In this document: positions 29,836 to 39,878 of the stretch, in pieces
Position numbering within the stretch: the stretch's first letter is position 1
How the letters are laid out: each line of letters opens with the position of its first letter
Source of the DNA: a virus
Taxonomy: Duplodnaviria > Caudoviricetes
Strand: one strand, 5' to 3'
IMG/VR virus record: IMGVR_UViG_3300026549_000895
Span: 128,001-192,000 of that record
DNA length: 64,000 nucleotides
Position numbers and translations under genes: made by a program
Notes under the pieces: generated by a model
What the model saw: only the letters and a program-made list of their open reading frames with translations
What the model was told of the DNA's origin: nothing
The model's database searches: none

Positions 29836-30537
29836 TTAGTATTGAATGAAACCTGCGGTGATACATGAGATGTATCCTAAAAACACATTATCCTTTTTCT
29901 GTATTTTTCCTTCGGTTCCATCTTGGAACATTTGTGACAAATATAAGAAATCATCACAAACTGTTAGTACAATTGGTTCTTCGATAGTTGCACATTTATT
30001 AATGATATTCAAATCTGATGTGACAATTGTTGAGTTTACATGTTCTTTGATTATGGGATCTATGTCTCCATAGACATATTCTACTTTGAATGGAAATGAA
30101 CCCTTAATATATTTTTCTATATGAGAAGAATACTGTCGTGAGTATATTGCAAGATATGGAATACTTTGAATTTTTGCTGCATCGAATATCTTATAGATGA
30201 ATTTATTCGTAGGCTTCAAAGCGTATGCTGATTCATAAAATACTTCTTCTTGAGATATGTAATCAGCATCTTCCTTGGGGATACCTTGCTTTTGTAAATA
30301 CTCGGAGAAATTATATTCTTTTCGATTTACATAATCAGATATCAACTGCTGGTCAGAAACATCTATTATTTTATTTTTGCGATATTGGTCGGCTACATTG
30401 TAGCCGACCATCGCAACTATTTCTTCATATGAACAGATGATACCCTCTTTACCGATGAATGATAAATCGAGCATGTGAAATCCTGACGATTTGTTCTTAC
30501 CCAAGAAATCTAACGATTTCAGACAGTAAGCTATCAC
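29836..30537 (-). CDS. Hypothetical protein (start may be MLDLSF near 30474)
   Basis: ORF heading the RNAP operon. Confidence 0.6.
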   Translation of the reverse strand: MIAYCLKSLDFLGKNKSSGFHMLDLSFIGKEGIICSYEEIVAMVGYNVADQYRKNKIIDVSDQQLISDYVNRKEYNFSEYLQKQGIPKEDADYISQEEVFYESAYALKPTNKFIYKIFDAAKIQSIPYLAIYSRQYSSHIEKYIKGSFPFKVEYVYGDIDPIIKEHVNSTIVTSDLNIINKCATIEEPIVLTVCDDFLYLSQMFQDGTEGKIQKKDNVFLGYISCITAGFIQY

Positions 30538-30768
30538 CCGGTGTCGAATCCGGGCTAATTATGAATTAAATATTAATCGTTTTTCCTTTCATTATATTAT
30601 TTTCAACATAATATATTTAATCCATTAAAACATTTTAAAATGTTTGATACTGATTTCTCAAATCACAAATTAACTATTCATGGTATCTTGGTTATCGATT
30701 ACCAATTAATTTGTGATTATTATATGAGAAATTTGATGTTTGTGTTTGAATCCTCCTTCAATGATGAA

Positions 30769-31395
30769 TTAGAATGGAGATTCCATCTCTGCTGATGTTG
30801 AAGTTTCAGGTGTGGATGTAGCTTCACCCATAGCAGCACCGAAATCATCAGGTACCTTTGACACGATCATCTTATCATATATCTTCTGACAGATATCAAT
30901 GAATGCTGTCCAGCCTCCATTCCATCCGAAGTACTGACGGAACATAATGGAACGAGGATTACCCTTTCCATCTTCAGCTATTGTAAGCTTAACACCGCTC
31001 TCAGAACCAATGATTGAAATGGTGCGAGTACCACGAGTGTGTGATACATTCAGTTCCTTAGGATTTGCATTCTTGAGATTAACAAGAGCGGATACTTCAT
31101 CAATTCCGAGATATACTGCTGGGAGTGTTGAAGGCTTTCCTTCCTCGAAGGTTATCTTTCCTGTACCAGGATTCTTTACACCGGTATATACTCTTACGAT
31201 TGCTTTAGCTCCACCCTGCTGGGAAAGCCAAAGCTCTGTTGATACATAAGAATCATCTCCATAGATCTTCGGGAACTTGTAATGCTTGTCAGTAGCGTTT
31301 AGATTTCCTCCATTGTTACCAGCATTGAAGTTTCCACCGCCGTTGTTCTGATTTCCTCCGTTGTTAAAGCTTCCATTGTAAGTGTTGAATGGCAT
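30769..31395 (-). CDS. Putative single-stranded DNA-binding protein
   Basis: G/N-rich disordered N-terminus, beta-rich core, acidic tail ending EMESPF like bacterial SSB tips; GAAAGGA RBS. Confidence 0.4.
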   Translation of the reverse strand: MPFNTYNGSFNNGGNQNNGGGNFNAGNNGGNLNATDKHYKFPKIYGDDSYVSTELWLSQQGGAKAIVRVYTGVKNPGTGKITFEEGKPSTLPAVYLGIDEVSALVNLKNANPKELNVSHTRGTRTISIIGSESGVKLTIAEDGKGNPRSIMFRQYFGWNGGWTAFIDICQKIYDKMIVSKVPDDFGAAMGEATSTPETSTSAEMESPF

Positions 31396-31487
31396 GATTT
31401 TTCATTCCTTTCGTTGTAATAAAATTCATCGTTACCTTCATGAGATAACAAAGTATATGTTAGTTGTGTTAAATATATACTTTTATA

Positions 31488-32021
31488 TTATTCTTCTTCG
31501 TATTTATCACGAATAGATTGAATAATATCATAAATATTTGAACAATCTTGCTGATGAACATTGAATGTATTTCTAAGAATATTATCATTCTCTTCATCGT
31601 ATTTATCAATCAATTCCTGATTTTCAATATCATCAATATCTTCATTGACAAATATCTCAACATACTCATGAAGAGTCTCACATATCATATTAAGATCTGA
31701 TATATTCTTGATTGGAGTTTGATTCATTAATAATGTAGCTTCAATTCCATTAATAATCTTGACGAATTTCTCCGTGAAGTATTCATTAACGAATTTAACA
31801 ACATCATCTTCGGAGCCCATGTCATCTGTAAGTTCACTACTATTATCTCTGATGACAGAAAGAATATCTCTGAGATGATCTATTACGTTCAGATATTGAA
31901 CATACCAACCATATGGATCTGTAAAGATTGCATCACCTCCTAATTCATTCAATTCTTCATCACAGTTATATGCGACTCCAGCTCTTGCTTCAATCCATGG
32001 ATATAAATTTTCCCAATCCAT
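31488..32021 (-). CDS. Hypothetical acidic protein
   Basis: GAAGGA RBS; follows the polymerase gene. Confidence 0.65.
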   Translation of the reverse strand: MDWENLYPWIEARAGVAYNCDEELNELGGDAIFTDPYGWYVQYLNVIDHLRDILSVIRDNSSELTDDMGSEDDVVKFVNEYFTEKFVKIINGIEATLLMNQTPIKNISDLNMICETLHEYVEIFVNEDIDDIENQELIDKYDEENDNILRNTFNVHQQDCSNIYDIIQSIRDKYEEE

Positions 32022-32051
32022 TTCATCTCACATCCTTCTCTTATTAATATT

Positions 32052-33977
32052 TTATAATGCTATCAGACGTGACATAGTCTGAGCACCGTATGTTTCTGGC
32101 ATTACAAAATCAAACAAACCAGCAATCTGTTTATATGGTGAAAGTATCTTATCAATTGCAAATTGTTTATTGACACATTTACCTATGAAATCTGGTATTG
32201 TTTTATATGACTCTGGTAATGATATATACGGATCCCTTTTCTTATTCTCATTTCCTTTCAGACACAATTGAAGCAGCCATGCTATCTTTGTATCATTTTG
32301 AGCATTCTCTTCCATTAGTTGCCATGACAATGGAACAACATAAACTCGATCCATCGTCTGCATTTTCTCATCAGGGAACATGGTATTCCATATCATAGCA
32401 CCATGAACATGTGCGGGTATGGATTTCTTATATGATGATGCTGGTTTAACTGAACCCTGTTTGAAATATGCCGTTGTATGACTTATCTCATTCATCAACT
32501 TGTTCTGATAGAACATATAAGATTCATATATCTTTTCTGGTTGAATCTTTGAGCCAGTCAGAATATACTTATCATACAATTCTCTCATAACAGGTTCCAA
32601 GAACTGAGCAGAATCTCTCTTCTTGAATGACAAACCTGTGAAGGAAATCTTGTGAGGATTACGAGGTTTACCTTCCTGAATCAATGTCGACATAGCATAC
32701 ATTTTCTTCGAGTAAAGAGTCATTGCCAAGAACAGGAACTCATTCTTGAAGATGAATTTATCTCTGTAATATTTGTCCTTGATATTGCAATTCAAAGCCT
32801 GATACTGAACGAACTTCGGAATTATGTTTTCAATATACAACATTCTTCCAAATGCAGATGCACACAAACATTTATCTCGGAAGGTAGGAACATCTTCCAC
32901 AAACAGATACTTCAAGAAAGATGAGAAGTGAACCATAAGAGAATCAGTATCCGTTACACATACGATGCATCTCTTCATATAATCACATCGTACTTCATTA
33001 TCATCTATTAGATATGGATAGATACAATTATCCATTACTATATCGATGATTCTTGTCATAGGTGTCATTATTGGTTCAGGTATCTTTGTACCAGCACCCA
33101 TATTGTGAATTGTTTCTTCTGTCATGTTCTCAGTATCTATCATGTTCGCTTTTATATAATCCATTACTTGTTTTACTTCATTTGGAACAAGATGATGCAA
33201 AGCATATTTAACATTGAAAGCATACATCAATTTTGATAATTCTTCATGTGACAAAGTATCCAGATACATCTTCAAATACAATGAGTCATGGAAAGAAAAT
33301 TCATGAACCTTCTTTGACAGATAATTGTGAACCATATCTGGAGTGATTGAGTTCTCAACAACACGATTAGGTCTGTCTTCAGTATCATTTAATATATGAT
33401 GAATGAAGTCGTACAGCTGAGATATGTTCATCTGTATCCATTTATTAGTATTGCCCGAGCAAAGCTCCAGACAGCAAATTAATGTCGTTGTCAGGGCCTT
33501 AGCAGAGGCTGTCGTAGCGGCCGGAACATATTGATTGTAGAATGGTGATAGCGGGGTTCCAGCCCCACCATACTCGGCGTTCATAGCAATCTTAACGTTC
33601 AATTGTCCTGTATATTTCAATTTATATTCAATTGAACCTTCAGCACAATCAAACATTGCTTTCTTCTTAACTCCTCTCTTATGTTGTAGCGATTCCAACA
33701 TTTTAACTGTTGGAGCCAGAAGTTCGGCATGCTGTTTGACAAATGTTCCATTGCCGGTTATGATTGGCTGCCGTTGGTCAATGTATGACATCACATTGCT
33801 AACGGTCGTTTGTTTCTTTTTGTTTTTCGAATTATTGTGCATGACACATGGTATATCAACACCATGTTTCTCAGAGAATGCTTTTACATGTTTCATTATA
33901 TCATCCAGATTTAATTCCGGATGCATTCGATGATATAATTCCACTATCTGAGCATCATGTTTTTCGATTATATTCAT
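32052..33977 (-). CDS. Family B DNA polymerase, C-terminal subunit (motifs B and C)
   Basis: KIAMNAEYG (KxxxNSxYG), VTDTDS (YGDTDS), FKNE, KKMYA, TGLSFKKRD. Confidence 0.85.
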   Translation of the reverse strand: MNIIEKHDAQIVELYHRMHPELNLDDIMKHVKAFSEKHGVDIPCVMHNNSKNKKKQTTVSNVMSYIDQRQPIITGNGTFVKQHAELLAPTVKMLESLQHKRGVKKKAMFDCAEGSIEYKLKYTGQLNVKIAMNAEYGGAGTPLSPFYNQYVPAATTASAKALTTTLICCLELCSGNTNKWIQMNISQLYDFIHHILNDTEDRPNRVVENSITPDMVHNYLSKKVHEFSFHDSLYLKMYLDTLSHEELSKLMYAFNVKYALHHLVPNEVKQVMDYIKANMIDTENMTEETIHNMGAGTKIPEPIMTPMTRIIDIVMDNCIYPYLIDDNEVRCDYMKRCIVCVTDTDSLMVHFSSFLKYLFVEDVPTFRDKCLCASAFGRMLYIENIIPKFVQYQALNCNIKDKYYRDKFIFKNEFLFLAMTLYSKKMYAMSTLIQEGKPRNPHKISFTGLSFKKRDSAQFLEPVMRELYDKYILTGSKIQPEKIYESYMFYQNKLMNEISHTTAYFKQGSVKPASSYKKSIPAHVHGAMIWNTMFPDEKMQTMDRVYVVPLSWQLMEENAQNDTKIAWLLQLCLKGNENKKRDPYISLPESYKTIPDFIGKCVNKQFAIDKILSPYKQIAGLFDFVMPETYGAQTMSRLIAL

Positions 33978-34041
33978 ATAAACAAATCACCGTCCTGTAT
34001 TATTAATATTATGATTTCGAAACCGAAAGGAGTGTTCATTA

Positions 34042-34179
34042 ATGAATGACGAAAATAAGCCCTCCATCAATGGAGTTGAATTAACTTCAGGAATGTCTCT
34101 TGAAGACATTGGTATCATTGAGTTGACTCCTGAAATGGTCAACGAGTTAATCTTAGAAACCTTTGGAGTTATTCTCTGA
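34042..34179 (+). CDS. Small 45-aa protein (not in ORF track)
   Basis: GAAAGGAG RBS; MNDENKPSINGVELTSGMSLEDIGI..., an NKPSINGVEL motif common in phage structural proteins. Confidence 0.6.
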   Translation: MNDENKPSINGVELTSGMSLEDIGIIELTPEMVNELILETFGVIL

Positions 34180-34270
34180 TCATATCATAAATGAAACACA
34201 TACTGTTGTCGTTTCGGAATAATGATATAAATATGAAAATTAAATTCACGAAGAAAGTGAGGAGTAAATA

Positions 34271-36331
34271 ATGCTTGATTTTATTAGAAAGCAACTCGGT
34301 GCTGAAGACCTTATTCAGGAAAGCAACATTGCTACTGATGCCATAGTTGATACCGATAATTCTCTTGTCGTTGAATATGCTCATCTTTTTCAGGAGTTGA
34401 GTGAAGTAAGCGAAGAAGGAAATGTGGATGAAGTTTCTGAGAGAGGTCGTATCGGTGGAGTTGATATTTCACTCGAAGATGATATCGATGTTGAAACTGA
34501 TATTTTCGAATATGATCCCACCAGAGGTAGCGTTGTTGATATTCCGAAGGATGCTACAAAGAATTCCATCGAAACCGAGAGTGCTGAGATGAAGACCTAC
34601 GATGAGTTCTTCACAGAGGCTTATGAGAACAGCCAAAGATTCGAAAGAGAATCTGAAGAGAATCATATCTCTCGTATTAGAAGAAAGGCAAGCAAGCTCT
34701 ATCAGGAATATGTTGATAAGTGCTACCAGGAAGGTCTCTTCGGTTTCGGTGAGATGGATATCAATGATGCCAGAGTTCCTGCCGCTATCGCATTTGATTT
34801 CGGTTCTGCTTGTGGCATGTCACCCACAATGGTTCAGGTGCCTTTCAAGTACATTACAACCGAAAGACGCGGTAAGAGAATGATTACAAAAGCTCAGTGT
34901 GAATGTGCTACATTGCTTGTTAATAATCCTGAACTTACAAATGCTATCATAGCTGACGCTGTAAATCAATTTAAACAGAACTTCTCTGAAAGATTCGGAG
35001 GAAAGAATGTCAATGAAATACTGATGTTCCAGTTCATCGGTATTCCTAAGCAGGAATCAAATGATGAATATAGAATTTACATTGCGGCAGATACTGGCAT
35101 TGCTGGTATGGCTAACTTCGATATGGTATATACGATTATAAAACCCGGACACAGAAGTTCTAATATTACGGCTTTCCCGGGTGCAGCTCCATATACAACA
35201 AACGATGGTCACACATTCACACTAATTAATCCTACAGAAACTGATTTCAGCAACAGATTCAACACAAAGGATTTCTTAACAAAGAACGAATGTGTTCAAC
35301 TTGAGTATGAAGTAAACCGTCCCAGAAGATTCGATGATTCTTTCTATGAGGAAGCTATCGACTTCGAAGAAGGTGGAAATGATGATGAAGGAAACGAAGA
35401 CACTTCTTCCTCTGATGATTCATCAGAATCAAATGATGATGAGAAGAAGAGTGTTGATACCAACGACGTATCTGATGAGATAGTCGAGAAGGTTTCTTCC
35501 AATGAGGAAGATGGAGCGGATGTTGACGAAGGCAATGATGATTCTTCAAATGATGAAGGCGACGAAGGAGCTTCTATCGATGACAGTGGAGATGAATCCA
35601 ATGGATCCAGCGAAGACGAAGGCGATGAATCAAACGTTGATGATGAACTCAATGAACTTGATGACACATTAGAAGACTCTGGTGATATGAATGTAGATGA
35701 TGACGATGATCTGAATACAGAAGGTTCATCTTCTATGGATATCGAAAAGATGACAGTTGCTGAACTTCTCGAGGAAGGTGAGAACAAGCTCAAGGGAATG
35801 ACTCTTGAACAGCTCAAGAAATTCATCTCTGGCGGAAATACTACATCCGAAGATGAAGGTGATGATTCATCTTTAAGTGATGAGACTTCTACCGAAGAAA
35901 GAGAAGGTGACGAAGAAGTTCCTGAGTCTGGTGATGATGCAGGTCTTCCTTCATCCGACAATCCTGATGATGACAAAACAGATGTTGAGTTAGAGGCTTT
36001 CGTTCTTACTCCCAAGAACATAAACTCTGAACTCGATATCAACATCAGAAACTGTCTGGGTATACTCAATGATTCAGACATTTCTTCTTCCGAAATATTC
36101 AGCAAATTCAGAAAGGCTTCCAAGAAACTCAACAAGGTTTCTGCAAAAGCAAGTAACATGAGCAAGGTTTATACTGATAATGAAAGAAAGACCATCGGCG
36201 ATATGAACAAAGCTCTTGTTAACTTAACACTTGAATTACGTTCAAAGGAAGTTGCTTCCGTTAAGGAAAAAATGAAAGCCTTTGTAAATGCGGCTGCAGC
36301 AGTCGGAAAGATTGTTGAATCTAAAAAGTAA
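34271..36331 (+). CDS. Putative head/internal virion protein with long Asp/Glu/Ser-rich region
   Basis: About 220-aa acidic low-complexity tract (35345-36000); IQES, YQEG, YEEA and ELEA motifs. Confidence 0.55.
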   Translation: MLDFIRKQLGAEDLIQESNIATDAIVDTDNSLVVEYAHLFQELSEVSEEGNVDEVSERGRIGGVDISLEDDIDVETDIFEYDPTRGSVVDIPKDATKNSIETESAEMKTYDEFFTEAYENSQRFERESEENHISRIRRKASKLYQEYVDKCYQEGLFGFGEMDINDARVPAAIAFDFGSACGMSPTMVQVPFKYITTERRGKRMITKAQCECATLLVNNPELTNAIIADAVNQFKQNFSERFGGKNVNEILMFQFIGIPKQESNDEYRIYIAADTGIAGMANFDMVYTIIKPGHRSSNITAFPGAAPYTTNDGHTFTLINPTETDFSNRFNTKDFLTKNECVQLEYEVNRPRRFDDSFYEEAIDFEEGGNDDEGNEDTSSSDDSSESNDDEKKSVDTNDVSDEIVEKVSSNEEDGADVDEGNDDSSNDEGDEGASIDDSGDESNGSSEDEGDESNVDDELNELDDTLEDSGDMNVDDDDDLNTEGSSSMDIEKMTVAELLEEGENKLKGMTLEQLKKFISGGNTTSEDEGDDSSLSDETSTEEREGDEEVPESGDDAGLPSSDNPDDDKTDVELEAFVLTPKNINSELDINIRNCLGILNDSDISSSEIFSKFRKASKKLNKVSAKASNMSKVYTDNERKTIGDMNKALVNLTLELRSKEVASVKEKMKAFVNAAAAVGKIVESKK

Positions 36332-36349
36332 AAGAAAGGAGAATATACA

Positions 36350-37126
36350 ATGCCAGAGAATAATGATATCAAAGCCAAACTTCAGGCTATCATAAATAAC
36401 ACTTCAGATGGTGATTCATCTATTGTGAATCCTGATACTGGAGCTAATGGCTTTTCTACAGGTATGACCAAGAGAGCTGATAGGAATCTCATTAGAGAAA
36501 AGCTTTCTCTTGATGTACTGAGTGATCTCGTTCATGCTATGATGCATGATGAAACCAACGAAGATCTTGATAGAATGATAGATGACAGAATCATGGCTCA
36601 TATACACAATGACTATCAGGGTACTTGTTCTTCATATCTGTGTAAGGCTTACCAGAATACCAATGACGATATGATCGCAAATATCATTCAGGAAATCGAA
36701 GACGAAACTGAAACTATTGCAAATAAGCTTGATGATCCTAACGATAATTCTGAAATCGATACTTCTGCTTTGTTAGCAGGTGTTGATAATTATGAGGAAC
36801 TTCGTAAGCGTCTGAAAGAAGAGGTTTCTAAGAGAGTTGTCAATGACGTTGCAAAGGTAATAAAGAATCATGATGATTCTCCTACCTTTGAAGGTATTGA
36901 CGAGAAACTCAAGAAAGCTGATGAACCTGGTGATCCCGATGCTCTGAAGGAGTCTGCTATCATCACAATGAGCGGAGCAATCGTTGTTGAATATGCTCTT
37001 AAGGGTGAACAGATTTCGACAGAGGAATCTTTGAATATGGCAATCGTTGAGTATTGTATCAATCAGATGGACTGGTTGTTCAAACAAAAGTGTGTTGCTG
37101 ATATTCATTCAAAATACGGCGTATAA
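36350..37126 (+). CDS. Hypothetical protein, probably virion-associated
   Basis: GAAAGGAG RBS; directly follows 34271; IQE and LKES motifs. Confidence 0.6.
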   Translation: MPENNDIKAKLQAIINNTSDGDSSIVNPDTGANGFSTGMTKRADRNLIREKLSLDVLSDLVHAMMHDETNEDLDRMIDDRIMAHIHNDYQGTCSSYLCKAYQNTNDDMIANIIQEIEDETETIANKLDDPNDNSEIDTSALLAGVDNYEELRKRLKEEVSKRVVNDVAKVIKNHDDSPTFEGIDEKLKKADEPGDPDALKESAIITMSGAIVVEYALKGEQISTEESLNMAIVEYCINQMDWLFKQKCVADIHSKYGV

Positions 37127-37151
37127 AAAGAAAAAATATTTTTGAAACAAA

Positions 37152-37175
37152 GTCACCCCGCATATGCGGGGTGAC
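37152..37175. terminator. Terminator between convergent genes
   Basis: GTCACCCCG-catatg-CGGGGTGAC. Confidence 0.8.
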
Positions 37176-37185
37176 AATATTTCGT

Positions 37186-38292
37186 TTACTTCTTTTTCTT
37201 GAAGAGTCTTTTGAACCAAGACTCTTTCTTTTTCGGTTTGATATCACCAAACAGGAATTCTGTTGTATGGAATCCAGCAGCGCCCTTATGACCACCACCG
37301 CCATATTCCTCGGCAATCTTTGAAAGATCAATATCAGGATTTTTCTTAATATCAGCATAGATTGAATATACGAAATCAGTGCCATTATAAGACCATTTAC
37401 AAACAGCCTGATGATTATCATATTCTTCTCCAAAGATAGTAGAATTACCCAGAGCTTCGTTCATTACATAGAAATCAATTCCTCTGAATGTATACTGATA
37501 TCCAATACTTTCTCTGAGCTGTTGTGAACGATTATTCTCAATAGTCATAATACGTTCACCCTCAAGGCACATATCACTCAGTGACTTTCTTGAATTGAAA
37601 GCATCAAACCATATAAAGGAAAGAACTCCTTTAGAACCTTTGTCCGCCATAGCATAGTATGTAGCAAACTGTTTTGATTGATGGAACTTGTGTTCCCATA
37701 TATCATTATCGGATACATATCTAACAATGTCAGGAACTCTGTACTCATCAGCCTTTTCATACTCTTCCTCTGTTGCATAGATATTAAACTTGAAGAAACA
37801 TCTATCATCAGAGAAGTCCCATATATCCGGTATGTGATCATAGCCGACTTCATCAATCTTTTCCTGAACACCATTTGTTGAGAGAACATATGTCCATACC
37901 CAGCACAAGAATGCTGCAGATACTTTTGAATCCATGAACGGTGTATAATGACCATTACAATCATCAATGAATTCTTTGGCTTCTTTTGTTTCTATCCATG
38001 ACAAGGAAGTTGTATGATGATCGATGTGAATGATCTTGTCACACTCTTTCTTGACTAAGAACTTGATGAGTTCCTTGATTTCCTCGCAGATGGAAAGATC
38101 TGTGATGTATACAGTTGCATCCTTGATGACATCGTCTCCGAGATCATAGAGTTCCTGTGAGATGCCATGGTAACTATAATAGAATACCAATGGCTGTGTG
38201 AACGGATCTTTCGTTGTATAATTAGCAACGATGTGACCAGATAGGTGTCCATCAGCATCTGTATGAGTTAATATAATGAATGTATTTTTCAT
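37186..38292 (-). CDS. DHH/DHHA1 phosphoesterase (probable start MKNTF at 38292, ATGA overlap with thyX)
   Basis: THTDADG, ITDLS, IDHH and GGGGHKGAAG motifs. Confidence 0.85.
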   Translation of the reverse strand: MKNTFIILTHTDADGHLSGHIVANYTTKDPFTQPLVFYYSYHGISQELYDLGDDVIKDATVYITDLSICEEIKELIKFLVKKECDKIIHIDHHTTSLSWIETKEAKEFIDDCNGHYTPFMDSKVSAAFLCWVWTYVLSTNGVQEKIDEVGYDHIPDIWDFSDDRCFFKFNIYATEEEYEKADEYRVPDIVRYVSDNDIWEHKFHQSKQFATYYAMADKGSKGVLSFIWFDAFNSRKSLSDMCLEGERIMTIENNRSQQLRESIGYQYTFRGIDFYVMNEALGNSTIFGEEYDNHQAVCKWSYNGTDFVYSIYADIKKNPDIDLSKIAEEYGGGGHKGAAGFHTTEFLFGDIKPKKKESWFKRLFKKKK

Positions 38293-38999
38293 TGTATCTG
38301 CGGCTCCTTTATATATTTTCTCCATCTGCCATTATCAAGATGGGCTTTGTAGAATTCCTCATCATATTCAATCTTATCAAAGAATACAGGAAGCTTTTCT
38401 TTAAGATAGAACAGAATTGGAATCATTATTCTTTTCATATCAGGATGGGCTCCCTTTCCACATCTGAGCATAAGAGTCTCTATCCAGTTACGGATGTTCT
38501 TCGTAACTGCAATCTTTGAAGATAAACAGTTGGGAAGAATTGCTCTTGCATCTTCAGGTTTGCACTTCTTCTCAATAAGTGCACTGTAATTCTCGATATC
38601 CTGTTTACAAGACTCCAAGAATATCTTCTGGAACTCTTGCATCTGTTCAACTGAATATCTGCCAGGTTCATAGAAATTGATTGGCATGATAAAATCAGTA
38701 CACTTCGTATATCTTGTTGACTGAGCTGAATATGAACTGATTCTGTGACGAACCAACTCAAGCTGTATTGCTCTATCAATCTGAAGTATAAATGTGATAG
38801 AGCAATGCTCTGTTACTGACAGATGTCCTCTTGAAACGATTCCTCTCAAGAAAGTTTCGGGATCACCCTTTGACTCTGACAGATAACAAATCCTGCCCAT
38901 TGTTTCAAGTTTCTTCATGATTTTATATGGATCAAGTTCATCCATATCATATGGGGTTGCTGAAGGTAAATATAAATTAATTGTTTCTAATGACATCAA
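38289..38999 (-). CDS. thyX: FAD-dependent thymidylate synthase
   Basis: GHLSVTEH, ELVRHRISSYSAQSTRY (RHRx7S), PEDARAILP, AHPDMK. Confidence 0.92.
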   Translation of the reverse strand: MMSLETINLYLPSATPYDMDELDPYKIMKKLETMGRICYLSESKGDPETFLRGIVSRGHLSVTEHCSITFILQIDRAIQLELVRHRISSYSAQSTRYTKCTDFIMPINFYEPGRYSVEQMQEFQKIFLESCKQDIENYSALIEKKCKPEDARAILPNCLSSKIAVTKNIRNWIETLMLRCGKGAHPDMKRIMIPILFYLKEKLPVFFDKIEYDEEFYKAHLDNGRWRKYIKEPQIQ

Positions 39000-39036
39000 G
39001 CATCATCGTCCTTTCAAAGTTAATATTTTATTGTAT

Positions 39037-39627
39037 TCAAGACCTTTCAAATTTACAATAGATGACATGATTAACCATGTTAACAAGTCTTGTTATTGTC
39101 AATATCGAAACTTTAAAGTCTTTCTTTTCCTCATCGGTTGCTGTCATATATTTGTTTATCAATGTATAGATATTAATGACGACCGTAGGCTTAAAGAACT
39201 CCGTCAGTTTTTCTTTAATCATCTGAGGAGTTATCTTAAAATAATCAAGAACGAAATCCAATATGTAGTTGAAATCCTTGTTCTTGGTATTATCAAATTC
39301 GAAACGCTGAATAAGCTTAGAACCATCTGGTTCATAAATCTCAAAATAACACTTTAACTTCTGAGATTCTTTGATTGTCTTCATAACACTTCTCAACTTA
39401 GAACATGAAATAGTTCTTGTTGAAGAATTCATCATGTTGACCAAACCATCATCCAGTGAAGAATGAAGGATGACACCATCGTTCATGATGGCATTAACGA
39501 GTGCCCACATAATGATGTCACACTGTTTCTTTTTAGAAACATCTATTTCTTTTAGCTCATTTGTTAAATCACGTAAATGATTAACTGCTTCTGGACTCAT
39601 CAATTTCGTAGCTTCCTCTATCGTCAT
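39037..39627 (-). CDS. Hypothetical protein
   Basis: AGGAGG RBS. Confidence 0.65.
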   Translation of the reverse strand: MTIEEATKLMSPEAVNHLRDLTNELKEIDVSKKKQCDIIMWALVNAIMNDGVILHSSLDDGLVNMMNSSTRTISCSKLRSVMKTIKESQKLKCYFEIYEPDGSKLIQRFEFDNTKNKDFNYILDFVLDYFKITPQMIKEKLTEFFKPTVVINIYTLINKYMTATDEEKKDFKVSILTITRLVNMVNHVIYCKFERS

Positions 39628-39651
39628 AACTAAACCTCCTATCTAAAAAGT

Positions 39652-39674
39652 ATCCCCCGGAATATCCGGGGGAT
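39652..39674 (-). terminator. Terminator
   Basis: ATCCCCCGGA-ata-TCCGGGGGAT with a T-rich tail on the minus strand. Confidence 0.7.
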
Positions 39675-39680
39675 TGTAAA

Positions 39681-39878
39681 TTACTTATCCGATGATATTG
39701 TTTTGAAATCATTCACGTCATCGTTGATACTTGGATAATCAACTCCAACTGTGAGTTTGCGATACTCATCCATCGATTTCGATTTCAGATACTTGTGCTT
39801 TTTAGATTCTCCAAGCTTCTCTGCGAAGGTACTTGCTTCTGATCTGTTTTCTGGAATATTAACTCCCATCGATATCAC
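39681..39878 (-). CDS. Hypothetical protein
   Basis: GGAGG RBS; overlaps the upstream stop. Confidence 0.55.
   Translation of the reverse strand: MISMGVNIPENRSEASTFAEKLGESKKHKYLKSKSMDEYRKLTVGVDYPSINDDVNDFKTISSDK

Noticed and set aside
30536-30554. CCCGGTGTCGAATCCGGG resembling a tRNA T-arm
   Set aside because: The loop deviates from TTCRANY and no acceptor, D or anticodon arms can be formed; no tRNA called.
35344-36165. 273-aa Ser-rich antisense ORF, and many similar shadow ORFs
   Set aside because: Mirror of the acidic GAT/GAA-rich sense gene; no RBS.
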